Assembly: GCA_965235115.1 (NCBI GenBank)
Contig: OZ249437.1
Coordinates: forward strand, 49,600,001-49,664,000
From: Laetmonice hystrix
Lineage: Eukaryota
Direction: 5' to 3'
DNA length: 64,000 bases
Positions 35,201 to 47,200 of the stretch are shown here, one piece after another (the stretch's first letter is position 1; every line of letters begins with the position of its first letter). The notes beneath the pieces were generated by a model, which made no database searches, was not told the origin of the DNA, and saw nothing but the letters and a program-made list of their open reading frames with translations. Made by a program: the position numbers and the translations under genes.

Positions 35201-38200
35201 GGTGGTGGTTGTGGTGGTGGTTGTGGTGTGTTTTAGGGGTAGTCAGTAAGGGGGTGGAAGGGACCAGGGCGTCTAGATGACCACAGAAAGAGGGGGGAAC
35301 AACAAAATAAACCCAAACTCAATACAAAGCCAAACCAATCATAAGTCGGTCAATCAGTCGTGACAATCAACCAAAGCATGCGGTGAACCAAGTGCAACGA
35401 TACCACCACGATGACGTCAACATCGCTATAGACGTGTGTATTACCACATACGTACGGAGGACGTCTGGCAAAACGTCAATCCACCGGTTACAATATTCAC
35501 CCACTACGTCATCATATATACAGTGGATTCTATGCCACCACTTCAAATCATAAGCTTTATAAATTAATTAATTAATCTATTAATTAATTAATGAACAGCC
35601 AAGCTGAAATCATAATGCAGAGATATTTGTTGCTGAAACATCCAAGGTTTGGATTTCACAGTGAACACGATACCACGATTACTAACAACATTTCCTTCAT
35701 TAAATAAATCAATGCCCTTTCATTACAACGCAAGGTCACCGAGAAAACCAGGTGGAAATCAACCTGATCAATAAAGAGAAGAAAAAATATTCCATTTACT
35801 CTGATTAAACCAACTGATGATGATTAAAATCAAATTAACTCAATACCTGGCCAAAATGGGTTTGCTGATTAAGAAACACGTAAAAAATCTAACATGTAAA
35901 ATGGGGAGGGGACAAAAGTAGTTGGGCAAACAAGGTACACTCGACTACCATGCTGGATGGCAACGTAAAGCAACATTATCTATGCATGATGATAGCAACT
36001 TAGAGTGACAAACACAGCTATAACATAACAACATCTAACAGCTATTAGATTAGCCTGTCCGAAATAAACATACTTGAAAAACAAACCATAACAAAGTGTA
36101 AGTAAGTTAAGGCAGAAATAATCCAAGTTTGGTCAGTATCAACTCAAACGTCATTTAATAGAGAAAACGAAAGAAAGATGGTGGGCAGGGTGGGGGGATG
36201 GGGGTGCACCCCAGCAACGCTTACCAGAGCTGACTTGCTGGCATGCACCCCTGCCAAACTGTCACATTTTATGCAAATGATTTATTCCCTAATTACAGTT
36301 AGAGCCTCCATAATATTCTTTACTTATGTAAAGGAGAAATCGAGTGACCAGTATTGAGTATACGAAACGGTTCTCCACTCAAATTTTATGTTCAATGCAG
36401 TTCTTTCTAACCAACTTTACCATTGGTTCAGGGACATCACGTGACCATATCCCACGGTGCAATGCCATGCTATGCACTTGCTGCCCTCTCACAAATAAAT
36501 GAGAGTGGGATTTGTTAATAATCAAATGTTCAGAACCAATATGTAACGCTTGTTATATAAGTCGGCAGGGAGTAAAATAAAGCTCAATCGACATTGGACA
36601 AGGGTTTCCCAACCCAACACTCGCAAGTATGTAAACAAGCAGACATAATAACGTCATGATAATCTGGTTATTGGGGACACAAAGTCACTCTCCTTTATAA
36701 AACTACCTAACCCTGTACATGTGAGGTTTACATGACTAACCCGTCCTAACGTATTGCGTCAACATGACAGCCTGACTGCCACTGGAGAGTACTTGGGTAA
36801 CAAAACGATCGAACCCTAGACCGTCTAAGTGTGCAATGTATGGTACTCAAGCTCTCAAGCTACATGCTGAACTTGGCGTGGGTGTCCCAGTTGTACCTAC
36901 GTACTCTTCATCTAGTGTGCACTTTACTTCTACATCAAAATCTGTGAGAACTCTCTAGCATGCACCCAACATTCTAACCCCGACCGAGGGCCTCGCCATA
37001 CAACTCATCCTGTCTCTAATCTAGGACAAACAGATATTCACTCAACTTTGTTAAACCCATTCACATAAAGATGTTAAACCCATTCACATAAAGATGTTAA
37101 GCCCATGAAGATGATGGGATGAAGATGAGAAACTGAATGCCGACACATGCGGCAGGTCAGTGGCGAGTTGCCTCGACTGACCATTATCATCCACCCCAAC
37201 ATTAGACTGAGTTACATCGGGTCCCGCCTCTACGATCACGGCTACAGTATGAACTCGGCTCTGTCTCTTCATCCCTGATCATGTTACCACCCACAGACAT
37301 TACAGACACGTATTACGTCACAGCCTCAGACACAGACCGAAGACACACGGCAGTTCAGTGACTCTCTGACTCCGGTATATCGTCGACTGAATGTGGCTAG
37401 AAACAAAAAAACAGCAGCGAGTTGCTCTCAGCTACTGCCAGGTTTCTAATTCCGACAACAGGAAAGGGATGAAGTTTAGCAGAGACGGGGGGATTAGTAA
37501 TCCCCCTACCTACTGGGTATTATCCCATATCACTTCCTCAGTTCTAAACCTAATGGTTCCTACTCCTCTTATACTGCCGTGAGTCACAGATCATTCAGAA
37601 CAGATTAGCCTGCAGCCAATAGTTGCTTACTTCAGCCTTGGTCAGCCCTTAGGTCGCCGCTTTCATTAACGGTGCCTACCTAAGCAATCCTTGAGGACGG
37701 CCGTCTCCGTGAACAAAACCCATAAACATTCCATCTCTGGGGACGAAGCCTTCATAAGTCTCCCCCAGGACATGACCCGTCCCTGCCACGACCTTCATGT
37801 GTCTGGCTGCCAGCTTCCACCAATTCCCGCCACTAATCTCCGCTAAGTCTGCCATCCTCTCCCCTGAAGCCCGTCTCCTTCCTCACATCCCCCCTCCCAC
37901 TGCGTTACCTGGCCGCCAGGTGGCGGGCCGGCCGGCGGTATCCTTTGATCATCTCACCTGTGTGTAGGATGACGAGCTGTGCGCTCGCCTGTATGTTTCC
38001 CACTTCGTTCTCGGCCGTACACTGGTAGAGACCATCGTCTGAGTTGACAAGGCCGAGGATTCGCAGGTTTTGGTTGTCCATGATCTGGAAGTAGTCGCTC
38101 GGAATGACGATGTCGCCGTTTTTACGCCATTGGACGGTGGGTTTGGGAATACCGTACACGTCACACTCAAAGTGAATGTCAGCGTTCACGTGAGCAAAAA

Positions 38201-41200
38201 GGTTCTTTGGCCGCTTCTTAAACTCAGGAGGTACTGAAAGTAGACAAACCACCGCAAGGTCATTCAACTGATTTCACTTGAGAGAACAAAGAATTATACG
38301 ATTCACATAAACCGTATATGTTACGGAAAATCTCACGATATAAGACGTTCTACCAAGAAAAGACCAAAGAACATCAATAAAAAGAAGACTGAATACATGT
38401 CGAGTCCAAGTAGATTTAGCTGAGGAATCCATATGAAGGCGCCGTTAATATCATTGCTATGTCTATACTCGTTGGTCTGAGCCACTGCCATCATTGAACA
38501 GGTCAGGAACACCCCCTGGGACGGACCCCTTCACGTTCTGAGTCGCTCATACCCGGCATTTCTCACAGCCACGCCCACTGCCACATCCAACCACAGCAAC
38601 AATTTATGAACTGTTGGATACTGGTAATAAATGAACTGCACAGCGCAGTGGAAATATTCACAGGAGGTTCCTTTGCTCTTACACTGCCAGGTCTGTGCTC
38701 AACTGTCACAGTAATGGAAAAAAAATATCATTCTAATTTTTTAGCCCGTTGTCAAAAATATTCTTCAGTTTCTCCGGTTCATGTTGAAATCATTTTAAGT
38801 GTAATGCAAGCTTCATTTAAGTTGAAACGAGAAGAATGAGCTCCAGTATTTTAACTTCTGATCACAGCGGTCTATGTACAGGTCATGTCAGGATTCAGCT
38901 TACAAACTTCTGCCATTTCTTTCACCTTCCTTTTTGTGTTTGGCATTTTCGAAACCATCCTCTGACGCAACAGTTCTATTCAGTTCCTAATCCAGATTCT
39001 ATCCTGCAATCATAATTCTGACTTATTGAATCCTTTCTGATCCCAATTCTGTCCAGTGTTGATGTCGGTGTGACAGTATACCTATTAAAGCTTGCACTGT
39101 GAGCACGAGGTCGTTTACTGAATCCTTTCTGATCCCAATTCTGTCCAGTGTTGATGTCGGTGTGACAGTATTAAAGAGCTCTTGCACTGAGAGCACGAGG
39201 TCGTTTACTGAATCCTTTCTGATCCCAATTCTGTCCAGTGTTGATGTCGGTGTGACAGTATACCTATTAAAGCTTGTACTGTGAGCACGAGGTCGCTTAC
39301 CTTGAACTGTGAGTGTGGCCACGGCGTCCACCGAATCCTCCATGTTGGTCGCCCGACACGTGTACGACCCGGCGTCATCCTCTGCGACTTGCTCGATCTG
39401 CAGCGACCCCTGGCCGACCGTCGAGAAACGACTGTCCAGGTTCCTGCAGCGGGTAAAGTTCACAACGTCAACAAATGATCACGACATACCAATCTGCGCT
39501 CACTCACTCCTCGAAATATTAGTCTAAATTAGAATTGCTCCTCCGAGGAGGCTACAGGATACGCTGACTTAAGACTTGAGGGACCGGCTGGTTAAGTCAT
39601 ATAATCCTTGACAAAACTAATCAGTGGTTTCCAATCACTACGAACAGACTATCCTCCCGTTTGTAATACATCAAGTTTATACTTGCTGTAACCTCAACTA
39701 ACAAATCCTGACCGTACCCTGGCTGTCCTTTACTTCATGAACTCGACATACCAGTAGAGGACACTGCACCCTTACACCAGTGGATGGTAGAGGACACTGC
39801 ACCCTTACACCAGTGGATGGTAGAGGACACTGCACCCTTACACCAGTGGATGGTAGAGGACACTGCACCCTTACACCAGTGGATGGTAGAGGACACTGCA
39901 CCCTTACACCAGTGGATGGTAGAGGACACTGCACCCTTACACCAGTGGATGGTAGAGGACACTGCACCCTTACACCAGTGGATGGTAGAGGACACTGCAC
40001 CCTTACACCAGTGGATGGTAGAGGACACTGCACCCTTACACCAGTGGATGGTAGAGGACACTGCACCCTTACACCAGTGGATGGTAGAGGACACTGCACC
40101 CTTACACCAGTGGATGGTAGAGGACACTGCACCCTTACACCAGTGGATGGTAGAGGACACTGCACCCTTACACCAGTGGATGGTAGAGGACACTGCACCC
40201 TTACACCAGTGGATGGTAGAGGACACTGCACCCTTACACCAGTGGATGGTAGAGGACACTGCACCCTTACACCAGTGGATGGTAGAGGACACTGCACTCT
40301 TACACCAGTGGATGGTAGAGGACACTGCACCCTTACACCAGTGGATGGTAGAGGACACTGCACCCTTACACCAGTGGATGGTAGAGGACACTGCACCCTT
40401 ACACCAGTGGATGGTAGAGGACACTGCACCCTTACACCAGTGGATGGTAGAGGACACTGCACCCTTACACCAGTGGATGGTAGAGGACACTGCACCCTTA
40501 CACCAGTGGATGGTAGAGGACACTGCACCCTTACACCAGTAGTGGGTGATACTCACTTCATATCGATGGTGATACCCTCCTTGAGCCAGACGATTGTTGG
40601 GGTATTGCCTTCGTGGTCCCGCCCGTAGGCCCCACAGTGTAACGTCACCGTCTCTCCCTTGATGCTTTTCCGATCACTTGGCTGCATCACAAATTCTGGC
40701 TTCACCCCTTGATATGTAGCTGAAACAGAAAATTCAACGTCAAATCATACATTTTTCTTTAAGATACAGGAGAACACCCAGGGTCTAACAAACACCAGTG
40801 TCGTCTGACTGAGATGTCACTGATAGTTAAGATATCTCCATGGCAGATGGACTGTCACTGGTACCGGAAACACCTGCTGTTGATGTAACTATGGTAACTG
40901 CATCTTATATCATCGCCTGTCCACTGGAGTCCCGGCGTGCACATTCTACCAGTGGCCCCAGTTAATCAGTTCTCCTCCAATTTCCCGGCCAGACTTGCCA
41001 CTCAGAATACTCATCAGGTGAACATAAACAACGCCTTATCTACTGCCGCTTGGGGGAGCTAGCGTCTGTGATGCTCTCTTGCTGGACATTGGCTCTAAGC
41101 CTTGGCTTCTGACTTCACCTACCACAGGGCCCTGATATCCAACCTGAAACGTTCGAGATAATTTCGCCAGTTAATACGTTCCTCTGCTGGGAACACACAA

Positions 41201-44200
41201 GATATTTCTTTCGCCGGAGTCTGACGGGTCTGATGGGTCCATAAATATTGAGGTTGTTACCAACCGACTATCCGTTTTACCTAGTACCAGATTTATATGA
41301 CATGTGTGGCCTTCTCTCTTTTCTTATAATAGACCTGATTGCAGAGTTCAGAATTACTGGCTTTATTCCATCTAACTTTACCTCCGTACTTCATGGATGC
41401 TAGACTCAGCCGCTCCGATTCTGAGTGTAATTAGTAACGACTCAAGGTACTTCCTACAGTCATAGCTAATCAAGTTATGGGACTATCACACCCTGTGAAG
41501 ACATTATGTGACCTTTTATAAACAAACTACATAGATGAGCTCAGCCCGGCCATAAAGGCTAGCGCCACGTTCTAGCTGACCTCTGTGACCCCCAAACACC
41601 CGGGCCATACGTGCCACACCCCTTGGCAACCTGGTGCTGTCAATCAAACCCCTGTGACCAGTACTCGGAGCAATTGGGCCAGATCACTTTCGTGCGGGCA
41701 ATGTCATCATTCTTCACGCCTTGTCGGTCTGTGGTCCTCGCCCGGTATATTTCAAACTCACGCTATAATTCAAGGCGACAAGTAGACATACATACCTCTC
41801 AAAGTGAAACTGATTTAGACACAGTTCACAGAGATAGTTCAAAGAGATCCACATCTTGCTGCTGGCCGGTATCTAACTCTAAGATGTATTACCCCAACTG
41901 ACGGTTACAAAAAACGAATTTGTAAGTGGAATCCGTTTCGTTCTACCTTTCGTACCAAACCATACCTTCCGTCACATTAACCCTGACAACTGACTACTGA
42001 CTATGATGACATCCACTTGCCATAACATACGGAAAAAAGTTCACGCCTTTCCGTTCCACACGTATTACATGGCTGTCAGTATCAAGCTTCCACTCACTGA
42101 GTGGTGTGATGTACCAGGTGAATGGTTGGAGGTGGATACGGAACGTCCACTCACACGTGAGTGTGGACACCGACTGGCTCAAGTCCAACCCGTCACAAAC
42201 GGTAGACTATATACTGGGTTCCGACTCCGACTCCTCCTCCCCAGTCACACACATGTCTCCTGAGTTCTTACAAAAATCCGCAGACATCGATCCGAGTTTT
42301 TACGTCACGAGCTGTCAGTCAGTCCCCTGACTGGGGCAGAGATCTGGGTGCCCACGTTGATACTGGGAGAAGAAATCCAGAGATAACTTTCCAATCCCAA
42401 GATTCAGTGCATTAGGTTCGATCGCCGTCGTGGCTACCACGGAAATGTGGTCTGCATCAATAAGTATCCATCAAAACCCGATCATCAAGCTACTCAGTTG
42501 ACACGCGAACTATAAAGGAGAAAACTAGCGAGGAAAAAAGATTTTTTTACTGAACATGCAGACCAAGTCATTAGGAGCCTATTCACGATGTCATTTCATA
42601 CGGACTTGAAAGTATGACTAGGAAATCTGATCAGATCCTCCGAGCCTTTGCTGCCGTGCATTATGTAAATAAAGGAGGCCTTAGTTAGTGAGATGAAGGA
42701 TCATGAGGAGATCATTATTCAACTCTCACATGGCCACTCCGGGTAGATCCTAACATTGGTGAGAATCGTGTTGTCTGGAGGAGCCGTCCCCCTGCCTCCA
42801 GCAGACTGTCAGCAAGTCCGGAGACAATAAAGGAGTCCCCCCTGCCTCCAGCAGACTGTCAGCAAGTCCGGAGACAATAGAGGAGTCCCCCCTGCCTCCA
42901 GCAGACTGTCAGCAAGTCCGGAGACAATAGAGGAGTCACCCCTGCCTACAGCAGACTGTCAGCAAGTCCGGAGACAATAGAGGAGTCCCCCCAGCCTCCA
43001 GCAGACTGTCAGCAAGTCCGGAGACAATAGAGGAGTCACCCCTGCCTACAGCAGACTGTCAGCAAGTCCGGAGACAATAGAGGAGTCCCCCCTGCCTCCA
43101 GCAGACTGTCAGCAAGTCCGGAGACAATAGAGGAGTCACCCCTGCCTCCAGCAGACTGTCAGCAAGTCCGGAGACAATAGAGGAGTCCCCCCTGCCTCCA
43201 GCAGACTGTCAGCAAGTCCGGAGACAATAGAGGAGTCCCCCTGCCTCCAGCAGACTGTCAGCAAGTCCGGAGACAATAGAGGAGTCCCCCCTGCCTCCAG
43301 CAGACTGTCAGCAAGTCCGGAGACAATAGAGGAGTCCCCCTGCCTCCAGCAGACTGTCAGCAAGTCCGGAGACAATAGAGGAGTCCCCCCTGCCTCCAGC
43401 AGACTGTCAGCAAGTCCGGAGACAATAGAGGAGTCACCCCTGCCTACAGCAGACTGTCAGCAAGTCCGGAGACAATAGAGGAGTCCCCCCAGCCTCCAGC
43501 AGACTGTCAGCAAGTCCGGAGACAATAGAGGAGTCCCCCCTGCCTCCAGCAGACTGTCAGCAAGTCCGGAGACAATAGAGGAGTCCCCCTGCCTCCAGCA
43601 GACTGTCAGCAAGTCCGGAGACAATAGAGGAGTCCCCCCTGCCTCCAGCAGACTGTCAGCAAGTCCGGAGACAATAGAGGAGTCCCCCCTGCCTCCAGCA
43701 GACTGTCAGCAAGTCCGGAGACAATAGAGGAGTCCCCCCTGCCTCCAGCAGACTGTCAGCAAGTCCGGAGACAATAGAGGAGTCCCCCCTGCCTCCAGCA
43801 GACTGTCAGCAAGTCCGGAGACAATAGAGGAGTCCCCCTGCCTCCAGCAGACTGTCAGCAAGTCCGGAGACAATAGAGGATTCCCCCTGCCTCCAGCAGA
43901 CTGTCAGCAAGTCCGGAGACAATAGAGGAGTCCCCCCTGCCTCCAGCAGACTGTCAGCAAGTCCGGAGACAATAGAGGAGTCCCCCTGCCTCCAGCAGAC
44001 TGTCAGCAAGTCCGGAGACAATAGAGGAGTCCCCCTGCCTCCAGCAGACTGTCAGCAAGTCCGGAGACAATAGAGGAGTCCCCCTGCCTCCAGCAGACTG
44101 TCAGCAAGTCCGGAGACAATAGAGGAGTCCCCCCTGCCTCCAGCAGACTGTCAGCAAGTCCGGAGACAATAGAGGAGTCCCCCCTGCCTCCAGCAGACTG

Positions 44201-47200
44201 TCAGCAAGTCCGGAGACAATAGAGGAGTCCCCCCTGCCTCCAGCAGACTGTCAGCAAGTCCGGAGACAATAGAGGAGTCCCCCCAGCCTCCAGCAGACTG
44301 TCAGCAAGTCCGGAGACAATAGAGGAGTCCCCCTGCCTCCAGCAGACTGTCAGCAAGTCCGGAGACAATAGAGGATTCTCCCCTGCCTCCAGCAGACTGT
44401 CAGCAAGTCCAGAGACAATCTCTCTCAGCTGTTCTCTGCCGGATAAACGATGACATTCGCACGTTTAGTTGTCCCCGGTGAGGGGTTTGTGCCTATAATC
44501 AATATCTACAATATGGAAGTCGGGAAGCCTGCACAGTTTCCGCCTACCTTCTAGGCACAATCACATCATTCTCGGGTAAATTAAATGAGGATGTTGGCCA
44601 GTACAGCCGGGGAAAGGGGTGGGCTAGCTCAGGATGAATATCAAATAACTCAGTTTATAATAATGATATATTAGAAATGCTTAAATCCATGCTGAGAACA
44701 TATTGGAACTCTTCTCTAGAAGGATGTCAATCAAACATGTTTCACCACTGCATTCCAATGTATTCCAATTATATTGCTACAGTTCATGACCTGTGGCCCA
44801 CCCTGTACATGTACATACATGCAGACTGGGGGAGGACCGTGGATATGGGCCTGGGGAAACACACCTGCCGAGGAATGCTCCTTTTGCACACATTCATCAT
44901 ACCTATAATGACATAGGTGTCATCTTCCCGCCTTTCAGGTAGGTCGCCCACTGGGTGGTCAGGACCCCCTTGTTGGCCATGTGTGAACCCCAGGACGGAT
45001 TGCACTGCTGTGGAGACCCGTCAAACTGCCTGCTGTTAAGCCCCAATAAACATAACCCCACACCCTCAGGACCCACAACTAATGTTAGCAATATCACAGA
45101 CTCATTCCTTTTTCTCATCTCAAGATATACTCTGGTACTCCTATCTGTAATATTACCTACAGGGTGGTCTCTCACTAACGGCTGGCTACCCCCTCGTACA
45201 GCAGTATTGACAATGATGGCGGGTCTTTGATATTGATACACTCCCAAATAAATGACGACTACAAATCGAAATCTTTAAATTTCTACTGATCTTTCCCCAC
45301 CTGCAGCCCTAACGTCTTCACTCGAAAACTTTGCTCCGAATGTCTGAGTTAATAGTGACTGAATGGGGCAATGTAGGAATGAAAGGGATGTCTTCAGAAA
45401 CAAGCCTGACACTGGATACATGTATTTAATAATGGAGGCTGCTGCCCACGGTTCCCAAGTAATGTCCTCTAGGGGTGATTGAGTTGGCTGAGCCATACTG
45501 ACAAACTGATCAGCACAGCAGTCTGAGAATTCCCCACCAGAGTACTGCCTTGGCCGCGCTGCTGTTGTCTAGAGGGTATTAGTCCCACCCTAGAAACCCT
45601 CATCAACAGGAATTCTGAATTCCAGTCACAGGGCACGGCTCAAAGGCCGCTTCCATCAGTGCTATCATGTCGAATCAGTCGATGTTCTTAAGGATTTTGA
45701 GACGACCCCCTCCCCCACGTGATGATACACGCATCCCATGTGTGGCTAAAATGTGTGGCACGCATCGCATTCTGCCGGATGAGACGCCTGCTAATGCAAT
45801 TAGGCCTCTCTGCCTCAATTAGACGGCTTTCAAATTAGTGTGAGCGTCCCGTCGACCTACTCCTCTCTCGGCCTCCACTATGCTGGATATTCGTGGACGC
45901 TGGGTATGCACTCCGCCCACCCACAACCCATCCCAACCCCCACATCTCATCCCTGCCCCCAACCCACCCCCTCCCGCTAAGATTACATTCCTGGGTACCC
46001 ACAGACGTCAGTCAATGTCTGAATAGGCATATCCTCCGTCAAAATACGAATTCTATGAATTGGTCAGGATTCCCGATTCAGTCTCCAGACTGGCACTGTC
46101 TATGATTAAAGAACACATTCGAACCAACCAAAACGCAGTCTACTGACTGAATCTGTCGAGTCGAGACTCTGTGATCGGTTACAGATGTTTACAGTGTAAA
46201 AGTCGATGGATATTGCCTCTTTAAGTCGGTACAGTTAATTTTTCATTCCACCTGGCAACACCGGATAGAATATCAATCATGGCACGTTGTCACATATTTC
46301 ATTGCTGCCTGCTGTCACATGAAGTCAGACTACAGATGATGTCTTTCTCACAACACCATCATGTAGCAATCTCTTGGCTGAATTATTTCCTTTGTGGAAT
46401 TCACATTCACGACTGAATCTGGCTAGAAACAATACCCAGCTTTAACTGTGTGATCTAAGCAATCTGGTTTGGTAGGTGTCAAGCATCAGAAAGTAACGCC
46501 ACTTTGAATCCGAATTTTACTTCAGCTGTGTTAAGAAGATGTAGACAAAAACTCGAGTTTTGAAGGGAAGGGAGAACCCCACTTGTTACCAACAGAGAAA
46601 AACGTCTTCTGGCATCAAACGTTTTTTCAAGATGCCTATTTATATTCCCGTCTCCCTCCCCGACTTCAGGAGGGCACCCTCCTTCTCCTCCTTCAGCCTA
46701 AGGGCTCTCACCAATATGGATGACTCATCCAATATGCCATTCAACAATCTCTCTCCAGCAACCTGCCTTGAAATTACTCGCCATTGATTGATACACTGTC
46801 CTGTCCTGGCTGTGGCCCTCCAGTAGTCGAACCCTTGATGATATGTGATTGAATGGAGGTTGGTTGGTGTTTGCCGGCCAACCTATTACCCTAGAGTGGC
46901 AATGGCCGCCGGGTGATCAAGCATGACTCAGCAAAAATCGAGTCTGCTTGCCGACCGGACTGAGTGAGTACCTGCTGTGGGAGTGATCACAAGTGATCTC
47001 TGTGGATTAGTCAGCTGGGACCACTCCATTCACTAGCAACAGGCCCCCATGCTCTTGTTGTTTCCCATTGTCATCTGTTGCCGTAACAACACCCATTGTT
47101 GCTATCCAGGTCCTCCAGACATAACGCTTCCACAGTTGTCTTTTCGCGTGATCCAAGTCCATTTGCAGGTCACGTGGAACATCGCAGTCTTTGGGACGCC

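Noticed and set aside
39751-40540. CRISPR-like array or repetitive protein gene (four 250-280 aa ORFs)
   Set aside because: Units are contiguous with no unique spacers and there are no cas genes. It lies inside a neogenin intron, and the open frames follow from a stop-poor 33-bp unit.
42786-44419. Periodic ORFs and CRISPR-like appearance of the 50-bp array
   Set aside because: Pure tandem satellite; the frame shifts every unit and there are no spacers.
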